A DNA stretch of 21,445 bases, from IMG/VR virus record IMGVR_UViG_2778261069_000007; one strand, given 5' to 3'. The notes below the pieces were generated by a model. That model saw nothing but the letters and a program-made list of their open reading frames with translations, did no database searches and was not told where the DNA came from. Each line of letters starts with the position of its first letter. Position 1 is the stretch's first letter. The stretch comes from a virus (taxonomy: Duplodnaviria > Heunggongvirae > Uroviricota > Caudoviricetes). The translations under genes were made by a program, and so were the position numbers. Positions 5,708 through 14,215 of the stretch are shown in pieces.

Positions 5708-7825
5708 ATGCGACAGGCCACGGCGGCGGAAGTCAGAAAGAATACCGCCGGGATCATAAAGGCACCGCGTCGGATGCCTGTTGCCGAGGCCGTTCATAAG
5801 TACATGCGGGTTCCCGTGGGCGTCGGAAACTCCGTCGAATGGGATCCGCAACTCGCCCCCTATGTCGTGGAGCCGATGAACTGCCTGGCATCACGTGAGT
5901 ATGATGCTGTTATTTTTGTTGGTCCGGCCCGAACAGGTAAAACAATTGGGCTGATTGACGGCTGGGTGGTGTACAACGTGGTGTGTGACCCGTCGGATAT
6001 GCTTATCGTCCAGATGACGGAAGAAAAAGCGCGTGAACACTCCAAAAAACGTCTGGCCAGAACATTTCGCGTCAGCCCGGAAGTGGCATGCAGGCTGAGT
6101 CCGTCGCGTAACGATAACAACGTTCATGACCGCACGTTTCTTGCCGGAAACTACCTCAAGATTGGCTGGCCCTCCGTCAACATCATGTCATCCTCGGATT
6201 TTAAATGCGTTGCACTGACGGATTACGACCGTTTTCCGGAGGATATCGACGGGGAAGGCGATGGTTTTTCGCTGGCCTCAAAACGAACCACCACATTTAT
6301 GTCGGCGGGCATGACCCTGGTGGAGAGCTCGCCAGGGCGGGAAATCACCAATACCAAATGGCGACGAAAATCACCCCATGAAGCGCCACCCACTACCGGT
6401 ATTCTGGCTTTATATAATCGCGGTGATCGCCGTCGATGGTACTGGCCCTGTCCGCACTGTGGTGGGTACTTTCAGCCTGCTATGGAGGCGATGACCGGTT
6501 ACCGGGATATTGCCGATCCGGTAAAAGCCAGTGAAGCGGCACATATCGTCTGCCCGCACTGTAACGGGGTGATCACAGCTGATAAAAAGCGGGAGCTTAA
6601 CGGACGTGGCGTCTGGCTCAGGGAAGGTCAGAGCATTGATAAAGCCGGGAATATATCGGGTGATGCCCGTCGTTCCCGCATCGCGTCCTTCTGGATGGAA
6701 GGTCCCGCCGCGGCTTACCAGACCTGGGCACAGCTGGTTTACAAATTACTGACGGCAGAGCAGGACTATGAAACCACAGGCAGTGAAGAAACACTGAAAA
6801 CGGTGATCAACACTGACTGGGGCTTACCTTATCTGCCACGCGCGGCGACCGAACAGCGCAGGGCTGATGTACTGATGCAGCGGGCGGAGGACTACGGTAA
6901 ACGTCTGGTACCACCGAAGGTGCGTTTTCTGCTGGCATCGGTGGATGTACAGGGCGGGAAGAAACGTCGTTTTGTGGTGCAGATTATCGGTTACGGTGAG
7001 AACGGCGAACGCTGGCTGGTGGATCGCTATAACATTCGTCAGTCCCTGCGCTGTGATGAAAACGGCGAGGCACTGACGATTCATCCGGGCTCTTACCCTG
7101 AGGACTGGCAGTTGCTGATCACGGATGTGCTGGAGAAAACATACCCTCTCCAGTCAAATCCTTCCCGCCGTATGCCCGTGCTGGCTATGGCTGTGGACAG
7201 TGGGGGTGAGGATGGTGTGACGGATAATGCGTATAAGTTCTGGCGCACATGCCGCCGTGATGGTCTGGGAAAACGGGTATACCTGATAAAAGGTGACAGT
7301 ACCCGTCGCCAGAAAGTGATCACCCGAACACACCCTGATAATACCGGACGAAGCGATCGCCGGGCTGATGCCCGCGGCGAAGTACCGGTATATCTGTTGC
7401 AGACCGATCTGCTCAAAGATCAACTCAGCAATAATCTGGAGCGTGAAACCCCGGGGGCCGGGTATATCCATTTTCCCGACTGGCTCGGTGAGTGGTTTTA
7501 TGAGGAGCTGACTTATGAGGAGCGGGGCAGCGACGGAAAATGGCGCAAGCCAGGTAAAGGGAACAACGAAGCATTCGACCTGTTCTGCTATGCCCATGCC
7601 GTCGCTATTCTGCGTGGTTACGAAAAAATCCGAGACTGGGAGCAGCCGCCTGCCTGGGCGGCATCTCAGGACACAAATCCGGACATTATTGACGGGGAAC
7701 GCCCCGGGGAGAGGGGAGTGAAAAAAGCGATATCCGCTCGTTCATCTCCGGTTGCCGTCACCGAACAGGCCAGCCCACTGTCTGGCGGCTGGCTGGGGGT
7801 CAGTGGTAACGGAGGCTGGCTATGA
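5708..7825 (+). CDS. Terminase large subunit (GpA-type ATPase/nuclease)
   Basis: 705 aa; Walker A motif VGPARTGKT; CxxC...CxxC pairs (CPHCGG, CPHCNG) as in lambda-A-type terminases. GAGGAG RBS upstream. Confidence 0.95.
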   Translation: MRQATAAEVRKNTAGIIKAPRRMPVAEAVHKYMRVPVGVGNSVEWDPQLAPYVVEPMNCLASREYDAVIFVGPARTGKTIGLIDGWVVYNVVCDPSDMLIVQMTEEKAREHSKKRLARTFRVSPEVACRLSPSRNDNNVHDRTFLAGNYLKIGWPSVNIMSSSDFKCVALTDYDRFPEDIDGEGDGFSLASKRTTTFMSAGMTLVESSPGREITNTKWRRKSPHEAPPTTGILALYNRGDRRRWYWPCPHCGGYFQPAMEAMTGYRDIADPVKASEAAHIVCPHCNGVITADKKRELNGRGVWLREGQSIDKAGNISGDARRSRIASFWMEGPAAAYQTWAQLVYKLLTAEQDYETTGSEETLKTVINTDWGLPYLPRAATEQRRADVLMQRAEDYGKRLVPPKVRFLLASVDVQGGKKRRFVVQIIGYGENGERWLVDRYNIRQSLRCDENGEALTIHPGSYPEDWQLLITDVLEKTYPLQSNPSRRMPVLAMAVDSGGEDGVTDNAYKFWRTCRRDGLGKRVYLIKGDSTRRQKVITRTHPDNTGRSDRRADARGEVPVYLLQTDLLKDQLSNNLERETPGAGYIHFPDWLGEWFYEELTYEERGSDGKWRKPGKGNNEAFDLFCYAHAVAILRGYEKIRDWEQPPAWAASQDTNPDIIDGERPGERGVKKAISARSSPVAVTEQASPLSGGWLGVSGNGGWL

Positions 7826-8037
7826 CGAAATCTGAAATCCAGCAGATGCTGGTCACGGTACGCCAGGCGTATCGTGATTCTCTGGACGGGAAAAGCGTGT
7901 CTTTTACTGGCGTGAATGGGCGCGCCATTACCAACCATGATCCCGTCGCACTTCGTAAAGAGCTTGAATACTGGGAAAAACGCTGGCAGGCCGTCAACGG
8001 TCGCGGCACCAACTTCAAACTCGCTAACTTTCTGTAA
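7822..8037 (+). CDS. Head-tail joining protein, lambda W-like
   Basis: 71 aa; start overlaps the terminase stop (ATGA); GGAGG RBS. Size and position match lambda gpW; weak pattern similarity only. Confidence 0.65.
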   Translation: MTKSEIQQMLVTVRQAYRDSLDGKSVSFTGVNGRAITNHDPVALRKELEYWEKRWQAVNGRGTNFKLANFL

Positions 8038-8045
8038 GGTCATTC

Positions 8046-9557
8046 ATGGGCATTTTTGACAGGGCACTTGGCGCGATTGCGCCAGGGTGGGCTGTTTCGC
8101 GCGCCAGAAACAGAATGCTTCTTCGCGCCTACGAGGCGGCGCACCCCTCCAGAGTGAACAAAACAAAACGTGAGAGTCGGGCGGCAGATACTGCGGTGGG
8201 TGTGGCTGGCGTATCTCTGCGTGAGCAGGCACGGGCACTGGATGAAGACCATGACATAGTGATTGGTCTGCTGGATAAGCTGGAAGAACGTGTTATTGGT
8301 GCGCAGGGGATCCAGGTGGAGCCGCAACCGCTCAGTCTGGACGGTAAGCTGCATGAAGAATTTGCAGCACAGATATCTGCACTCTGGTCGGAATGGTCGG
8401 TGCGTCCGGAGGTGACGGGGGTGTTTACCCGTCCGGAAGCCGAGCGACTGGCGCTGCGTTCAGCACTGCGTGATGGTGAGATGTTCACGCAGCTGGTGCG
8501 GGGCCCGGTTGCTGGACTGACGCACGCAACCCGAGTGCCGTTTTCACTGGAACTGCTGGAAGCTGATTTTGTCCCGTTCAGTCTTAACAGCACATCGGGG
8601 CAGCAGATCCGCCAGGGCATTATCGTTAACGACTGGGGGCGTCCTGTTGGTTACCGGGTTTACAAATATCACCCGGCCAGTATGACGCGCTTCAGCGCTG
8701 AACTGAAAACCATTGCGGCAGAGAACATGCTGCACCTTGCCCAGCGTAAACGCCTTCACCAGTTACGTGGCATAAGTCTGCTTCATGGGGTGATCCGCCG
8801 TCTGGGTGACATTAAGGACTACGAAGAGAGCGAACGTGTGGCTGCCCGCATTGCTGCCGCGCTGGGCTTCTACATCAAGCGTGGTGATGCCGCCAGCTTT
8901 CCGGCGGATGAAGACTGGAAACCCTCAGGACAAAAGTACCGCCACTTTGATATTGCGCCAGGCATGATTTTTGACGACCTTGCGCCGGGGGAAGATCTGG
9001 GCATGGTTGAGTCAAACCGTCCGAACGTCCACCTCCATGAGTTTCGTAACGGGCAACTGCGGGCGGTTGCCGCCGGGAGTCGCGGCAGCTATTCCAGTAT
9101 TGCCCGTGACTACAACGGCACCTACAGCGCACAACGTCAGGAACTGGTGGAAAGTTACGAAGGTTATAACGTCCTGCAGCAATGGTTTGTGGGGCAGTTC
9201 AGCCGTCCGGTGTACCGCGCATGGCTGGCAATGGCGCTGCTTGACATGGATATCCCGCCTGATATCGACAAAACCACGCTCTTTAACGCGACCTATCTTG
9301 GTCCGGTGATGCCGTGGATTGATCCCGTCAAAGAGGCTGCAGCATGGCGGGCCATTCTTCGTGGTGGAGCAGGAACGGAAGCCGAGTGGATCCGTGCCAG
9401 AGGGCAGTCACCGCAGGAGGTCAAACGCCAGCGAATGCGTGAAACCGAATTTAACCGACAAAACGGGCTGGTGTTCGATTCTGACGCCGCCAACGATAAA
9501 GGAGTGCTCCCTGATGCAGCAAATGATAAGCCCGCCCTGTCGCGGGATGACGATTAA
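8046..9557 (+). CDS. Portal protein (lambda B family)
   Basis: 503 aa; sits between W-like and the protease/capsid gene, where lambda-type portals lie. Confidence 0.85.
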   Translation: MGIFDRALGAIAPGWAVSRARNRMLLRAYEAAHPSRVNKTKRESRAADTAVGVAGVSLREQARALDEDHDIVIGLLDKLEERVIGAQGIQVEPQPLSLDGKLHEEFAAQISALWSEWSVRPEVTGVFTRPEAERLALRSALRDGEMFTQLVRGPVAGLTHATRVPFSLELLEADFVPFSLNSTSGQQIRQGIIVNDWGRPVGYRVYKYHPASMTRFSAELKTIAAENMLHLAQRKRLHQLRGISLLHGVIRRLGDIKDYEESERVAARIAAALGFYIKRGDAASFPADEDWKPSGQKYRHFDIAPGMIFDDLAPGEDLGMVESNRPNVHLHEFRNGQLRAVAAGSRGSYSSIARDYNGTYSAQRQELVESYEGYNVLQQWFVGQFSRPVYRAWLAMALLDMDIPPDIDKTTLFNATYLGPVMPWIDPVKEAAAWRAILRGGAGTEAEWIRARGQSPQEVKRQRMRETEFNRQNGLVFDSDAANDKGVLPDAANDKPALSRDDD

Positions 9558-11592
9558 TCCCCGCGCCAGCCTTGCAGGTGTCGATGCCGCAAACGGTCAG
9601 TGCTGGTACGAAATCCGTGCACAGGCAACCGGACGGGTGGAAATTTTCCTCTATGACGTGATTGGTGGATGGGGCATCACCGCGCAGCAGTTTATCACTG
9701 ACTGTAAAGATGCGGGGGTGTTTGAGGCCAGCGCCATTGATCTGCATATCCACAGCCCGGGCGGTGATGTGATGCAGGGCTTTGCCATCTTTAACACGCT
9801 GTCACGCCTGAAAGCGAAGGTGGATATCTGGGTGGATGGTGTCGCTGCCAGTATGGCATCGATGATCGTCTGCCTTCCCGGAGCCACAGTACATATGCCT
9901 GAAAACGCCTGGATTATGGTGCATAAGCCCTGGGGCGGGATCGCCGGTGATTCCGATGATATGCGTGATTATGCCGACTGGCTGGATCGCAACGAGGCGC
10001 TGATGCTGTCTGCCTACATGAATAAAACCGGACTGGGGCAGGAGGAGCTGGAGGCCATGCTGAAAGCGGAAACCTGGCTCAGCGGCGCTGAAGCTGTGGA
10101 AAAGGGCTTTGCAGACTCCCTCGAACCCGAATTACAGGCTGCGGCCTGTGTGAACCAAAATAAACTGAAGGATTATCAGAATATGCCAGAACAGGTTAAT
10201 GCTCTTTTTGCTCCGCGTGCGGAAACTCAGGTTACCCCACCGCAGGCCAGCCAGCCTCCGGCACCACAGGTATCTCAGGACACGCAGCAGCCAGGCGCCG
10301 TAGATATTGCCGCGCTGGCCACTCAGCTTCAGCAGCAGATGCAGGCTGCCAATGCGGAACGTGTGAACGCTGTCTCTGCCGTGTTCGACGCATTTCCGGC
10401 ATTTGCCTCGCTGAAAGCGGAATGCCTGAGCGATTTCACCTGCTCGGCTGAAAAAGCCCGTGAACGACTGCTGCAGGCGCTGGCGGCGGGTACCACGCCC
10501 TGTGCCGGGCCGGGAGCAGCACACATTTACGCAGGCAACGGCAATCTGGTGGGTGATTCCATCCGTGCAGCAGTGATGGCTCGCGCAGGGTACAGCGAAG
10601 CCGAAAAAGACAATGCCTATAACGGCTTTACGCTACGCGAACTGGCGCGTGCCTCACTGGTGGATCGCGGCATCGGAATTTCCGGACATGCCGCACCGAT
10701 GGCAATGGTGGGGCTGGCATTCACCCACAGTGGCAGTGACTTTGGCAATATCCTGATGGATGTTGCTCACAAAGCGGCACTGCAGGGCTGGGACAGCGCC
10801 AGTGAAACGTTTGACCAGTGGACCCGCAAGGGCACCCTCTCAGATTTTAAAACTGCCCACCGTGTGGGGCTGGAGGCTTTCCCGACCCTGCGACAGGTTC
10901 AGCCGGGCGCTGAATATAAGTATGTAACCCTTAAAGATCGCGGTGAGCCCATTGCGCTGGCTACGTATGGCGAACTCTTCAGCATTGATCGCCAGACCAT
11001 CATTAACGATGACCTGGATATGCTGACCCGTATTCCGATGGCAATGGGAGCAGCAGCGCGTACCACGGTGGGCGATCTTGTCTGGGCCGTACTGACCAGC
11101 AACCCGAAAATGTCTGATGGTAAACCGTTGTTCCATGCCGATCACGGCAACCTGGTGACTGCGGATCTGTCCATTGAAGGACTGGATGCGGGGCGTAAAG
11201 CCATGTTGCTGCAAAAGTCCGGTAGCCGCCGCCTGAATATTCGTCCGGCCTTTATGCTGACACCTGTTGCCATTGAATCTCGGGCAAGTCAGTTAATTAA
11301 ATCTGCCAGTGTACCGGGGGCAGATGCCAACAGCGGCATTGTTAACCCGATCCAGAACTTTGCCACCGTTCTGTCAGAAGCCCGTCTGGATGACAGCAGC
11401 CCGACCGATTATTACCTGGTGGCGGCACAGGGGCGTGACACAATTGAAGTGGCCTATCTTGACGGTATCGATACTCCGTATCTGGAACAGCAGCACGGCT
11501 TTACCGTTGACGGGGCCGCATTCAAAGTGCGCATTGATGCCGGGGTCGCACCGCTTGACTGGCGGGGCATGGTTAAAGTCAAAAAACAGTAA
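9514..11592 (+). CDS. Fused head maturation protease (ClpP/S14-like) and major capsid protein precursor
   Basis: ORF 9319..11592; start at ATG 9514 (AAGGAG at 9501-9506) overlaps the portal 3' end. N-terminal ClpP-like region (IHSPGGDVMQG, GVAASMASMI, MVHKPW), Q/P-rich linker, C-terminal capsid-like domain of about 350 aa. Terminator follows. Confidence 0.85.
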   Translation: MQQMISPPCRGMTINPRASLAGVDAANGQCWYEIRAQATGRVEIFLYDVIGGWGITAQQFITDCKDAGVFEASAIDLHIHSPGGDVMQGFAIFNTLSRLKAKVDIWVDGVAASMASMIVCLPGATVHMPENAWIMVHKPWGGIAGDSDDMRDYADWLDRNEALMLSAYMNKTGLGQEELEAMLKAETWLSGAEAVEKGFADSLEPELQAAACVNQNKLKDYQNMPEQVNALFAPRAETQVTPPQASQPPAPQVSQDTQQPGAVDIAALATQLQQQMQAANAERVNAVSAVFDAFPAFASLKAECLSDFTCSAEKARERLLQALAAGTTPCAGPGAAHIYAGNGNLVGDSIRAAVMARAGYSEAEKDNAYNGFTLRELARASLVDRGIGISGHAAPMAMVGLAFTHSGSDFGNILMDVAHKAALQGWDSASETFDQWTRKGTLSDFKTAHRVGLEAFPTLRQVQPGAEYKYVTLKDRGEPIALATYGELFSIDRQTIINDDLDMLTRIPMAMGAAARTTVGDLVWAVLTSNPKMSDGKPLFHADHGNLVTADLSIEGLDAGRKAMLLQKSGSRRLNIRPAFMLTPVAIESRASQLIKSASVPGADANSGIVNPIQNFATVLSEARLDDSSPTDYYLVAAQGRDTIEVAYLDGIDTPYLEQQHGFTVDGAAFKVRIDAGVAPLDWRGMVKVKKQ

Positions 11593-11595
11593 TAC

Positions 11596-11620
11596 ACCGC
11601 CGCGTCAGGCGGTTTTTTTT
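11596..11620 (+). terminator. Intrinsic terminator/attenuator after the capsid gene (CCGCC-GCGTCA-GGCGG + T8)
   Basis: Hairpin 11597-11612 followed by TTTTTTTT. Confidence 0.6.
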
Positions 11621-11662
11621 ACTCAGGCGGCACCGTCGGGAGCCGCTTATACGGAGGTAAAA

Positions 11663-11992
11663 ATGTCAAAAAATTACGTTCAGGACGGTACAACCGTTGA
11701 ATGGGTGAACGATAGCGGTAAAACCGTTTTATCCGGTGAACTGGTCGTTAAAGAAAATCTGATCGGGGTGGCGCATGCGGATATTCCGCAGGATGGAACA
11801 GGTGTTTTGCATACCACGGGGATTTTTGCATTACCCAAAGAAGCAGAGGAACTGACACAGGGAAAACGGGTATATCTCAGGTCTGATACTGCCACGCTGA
11901 CAGCAACAGAATCGGGCAATGCGCTGGTGGGAACCGTATGGGCAGCGGCAGAAACCAGCGATGCTACCGTGTGTGTGCGTCTCGGTTACTGA
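11663..11992 (+). CDS. Putative head decoration / capsid cement protein
   Basis: 109 aa; ATG 11663 preceded by GGAGGT; small beta-rich protein directly after the capsid gene. Assignment by position and size. Confidence 0.55.
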   Translation: MSKNYVQDGTTVEWVNDSGKTVLSGELVVKENLIGVAHADIPQDGTGVLHTTGIFALPKEAEELTQGKRVYLRSDTATLTATESGNALVGTVWAAAETSDATVCVRLGY

Positions 11993-12348
11993 TGGGCAAT
12001 TTCCATGAACGGCTGATGCGGGCAGAGGCCCGCATAACGCGACTTTTTGCGCAACCATACCCCGCAGTGTTGTACATCGGTAATGAATGTCGTCAGGTGA
12101 ATGTGATTTTTGAAACGCCGGATGCTCCGGTCAGTGTTCCGGGCGGCGGAGAAATCAGCAATCACGCCCCGGCATTCAGTGCGATGACGGCGGATATTGT
12201 CGGACTGTCCAGGCATGATGAGGTGCTGGTGAACAATATTCGCTACCGGGTAACGCATGTCGGTGCGAACGAAGCCGGGCGCACCCGTGTCACGCTGGCG
12301 TATGGCGCACCGGGAAACGTTCAGCCACCGATTGAACAATGGAGCTGA
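11992..12348 (+). CDS. Putative head completion / head-tail adaptor protein
   Basis: ATG at 11992 overlaps the upstream stop (TGATG), suggesting translational coupling; 118 aa; position between head and tail genes. Confidence 0.55.
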   Translation: MGNFHERLMRAEARITRLFAQPYPAVLYIGNECRQVNVIFETPDAPVSVPGGGEISNHAPAFSAMTADIVGLSRHDEVLVNNIRYRVTHVGANEAGRTRVTLAYGAPGNVQPPIEQWS

Positions 12349-12349
12349 T

Positions 12350-13006
12350 ATGGCGCGAGGATCCAGACTGCGACGGGATTTACCGGTCGATATTGATGTG
12401 GATGCTATCTGGCAGATTGCGGACAGTATCGGTGCCACACAAAAACAGTTTCGGGCAGCCTACTCCCGGGCGCTCAGACGAACTGCTGCCACCCTGCGCA
12501 AAAAAGCGCTGGCTGATCTGAAAGACGGGCTGGCGCCGCGCAGTATCGGGCTGGTACGCCGCCGTCTGCTCTCTTTTCGCCTCGACAGAGGCTCCCGGCT
12601 GGATAATTTCAGGCTCTGGTTTGGTCTCAACGCCATTAAGGTTAAAGACCTGAAAGGGCGAATTAACGGGCGGCTACGCCCACGCCATACCCTGCGGGAT
12701 AAATCCACGGGGCGTTTTATCAAAGCTCGTCGGCAGGTAAAAAATGCCGGGTTTACGCCTAAAGGCAGTCTGCTTTCGACACTGACCTTCGAAAATGGCG
12801 AAGTCGCCCGCTCAAAACGAGAGAACCGACGAACGGTGGTTATTCGTGATCCGCAAACCCGGCGTACCCGGGAAGCGGAGGTGGATATTTACGAACCGAT
12901 GCTCAATTACATTGAAGATAACGCCTTTGCCGAAGCAATGGACATTTTCATGCACCATTTTGAAACAGATATCCGTGGGCGGGTGAAAGCCAGGATATCT
13001 GTATGA
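12350..13006 (+). CDS. Hypothetical virion morphogenesis protein, strongly arginine-rich
   Basis: ORF 12257..13006; ATG 12350 lies 1 nt after the upstream stop with GGAG upstream; 218 aa. Confidence 0.55.
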   Translation: MARGSRLRRDLPVDIDVDAIWQIADSIGATQKQFRAAYSRALRRTAATLRKKALADLKDGLAPRSIGLVRRRLLSFRLDRGSRLDNFRLWFGLNAIKVKDLKGRINGRLRPRHTLRDKSTGRFIKARRQVKNAGFTPKGSLLSTLTFENGEVARSKRENRRTVVIRDPQTRRTREAEVDIYEPMLNYIEDNAFAEAMDIFMHHFETDIRGRVKARISV

Positions 13007-13016
13007 GGTCATCACA

Positions 13017-13568
13017 ATGGCTGAACCTTTATCTCTGGCCCGATACCACGATGCGGTTATCAGTGCGCTAAAGCAGATAACGTGGGTAAGTGATGCCGGA
13101 GCTTATCCTGAAAAAAATATTCCCCGTTTCACCGGGCTGGTGACACCTGCCGTGTATTTCACGATTAACAGCTGGGAGCAGAGCGGCGGCAATGAGGGGC
13201 AACTCAATGTTGAACTCTCGTGCGATCTTTATGTGGTGGTTGATGCCGCGTCTGGTCTCAGTTGTCCGGAAATCTTCCTGCGAACAGCGGCAGCAGATAT
13301 TACGCAGTGGATTGACGGGCAACAGTTTGGTCTGACTCACATTTCACCCGCCGTATTCACTGCTGCAGAGCGTGACGAATTTGATCCTCGCATGGATGAC
13401 TACCTGGTGTGGCGTGTGTCGTTTACCCAGGAGGCGGCTTTTGGCGTGGATCCGTTCGCCCGCACCGCTATGCCACTGAGTCAGGTCTGGCTGGGAGTAG
13501 CACCGGATACAGGGCGGCAGCATGTGGACGACTATTACCTTATCCTGGAGGCGGGAGCTGATGAGTGA
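13017..13568 (+). CDS. Putative neck / tail completion protein
   Basis: 183 aa ORF in the neck region; no diagnostic motif recognised. Confidence 0.55.
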   Translation: MAEPLSLARYHDAVISALKQITWVSDAGAYPEKNIPRFTGLVTPAVYFTINSWEQSGGNEGQLNVELSCDLYVVVDAASGLSCPEIFLRTAAADITQWIDGQQFGLTHISPAVFTAAERDEFDPRMDDYLVWRVSFTQEAAFGVDPFARTAMPLSQVWLGVAPDTGRQHVDDYYLILEAGADE

Positions 13569-14178
13569 CATTACAGGGGATTTGCAACGCAGACTGGCAA
13601 ATCTGGTACGACGCGGTGTGATTCATTCTGTCCGGCATGATGGTATCCCCAAATGCCGGGTTGATCTGGGCGATATCATCACGACCTGGCTGCCGCTGTG
13701 TCAGGGTTTTTCTGGCGCAAACCGGGCTGATTCGAATCCTTATGCCGTCGGTGATGCGGTGACAGTGTTGTCGGAGGCCGGAGAGTTAAACAACGGGCGG
13801 GTGTTTCCTGGCTGGAACACCGGGAAATTACCCGTGCCGGAGGGCAGCGACAGCGAACATATTACCCGTTACAGCGACGGCACAGAGATCCGGTATGACC
13901 GGGCAGCTCATGCCCTGACGATCACCCTGACCGAAGGAGGCACTTACAAAATCACCGGTAAGGGTACGCTTGATGGTCCGGTTGAAATCACCGATACCCT
14001 GACTGTACAGGGGAAAACGCAGATTAACGCCGATACGACGGTGAAGGGTAATATTGGTGCCTCTGCAGAAATTACCGACAAAACCGGCAGTATGAGCGGG
14101 ATCCGCAACATCTTTAACGAGCACAACCACCCCGGCGACAGTGGCGGGAGTACGGATAAACCTAATCAGAAAATGTGA
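13561..14178 (+). CDS. gpV-like baseplate central spike protein
   Basis: ORF 13522..14178, start at ATG 13561. N-terminus (LVRRGVIHSV...CRVDLGD...TWLP) and C-terminal HxH...GDSGG apex motif (NEHNHPGDSGGST) resemble P2 gpV as recalled. Confidence 0.65.
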   Translation: MSDITGDLQRRLANLVRRGVIHSVRHDGIPKCRVDLGDIITTWLPLCQGFSGANRADSNPYAVGDAVTVLSEAGELNNGRVFPGWNTGKLPVPEGSDSEHITRYSDGTEIRYDRAAHALTITLTEGGTYKITGKGTLDGPVEITDTLTVQGKTQINADTTVKGNIGASAEITDKTGSMSGIRNIFNEHNHPGDSGGSTDKPNQKM

Positions 14179-14199
14179 CCTGCTGCGGCAGGTTTTTTT
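14179..14199 (+). terminator. Hairpin plus T-run between the spike and sheath genes (CCTGC-TGCG-GCAGG + T7)
   Basis: Read directly from the sequence; probably an attenuator within the late operon. Confidence 0.5.
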
Positions 14200-14215
14200 A
14201 TGGCTGGAGAAAGAC

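Noticed and set aside
7154-8620. Several minus-strand ORFs (7154..7597, 7666..8043, 8129..8620) overlapping terminase, W-like and portal genes
   Set aside because: Nested antisense to well-supported + strand genes; proline/arginine/serine-rich low-complexity translations typical of shadow frames.
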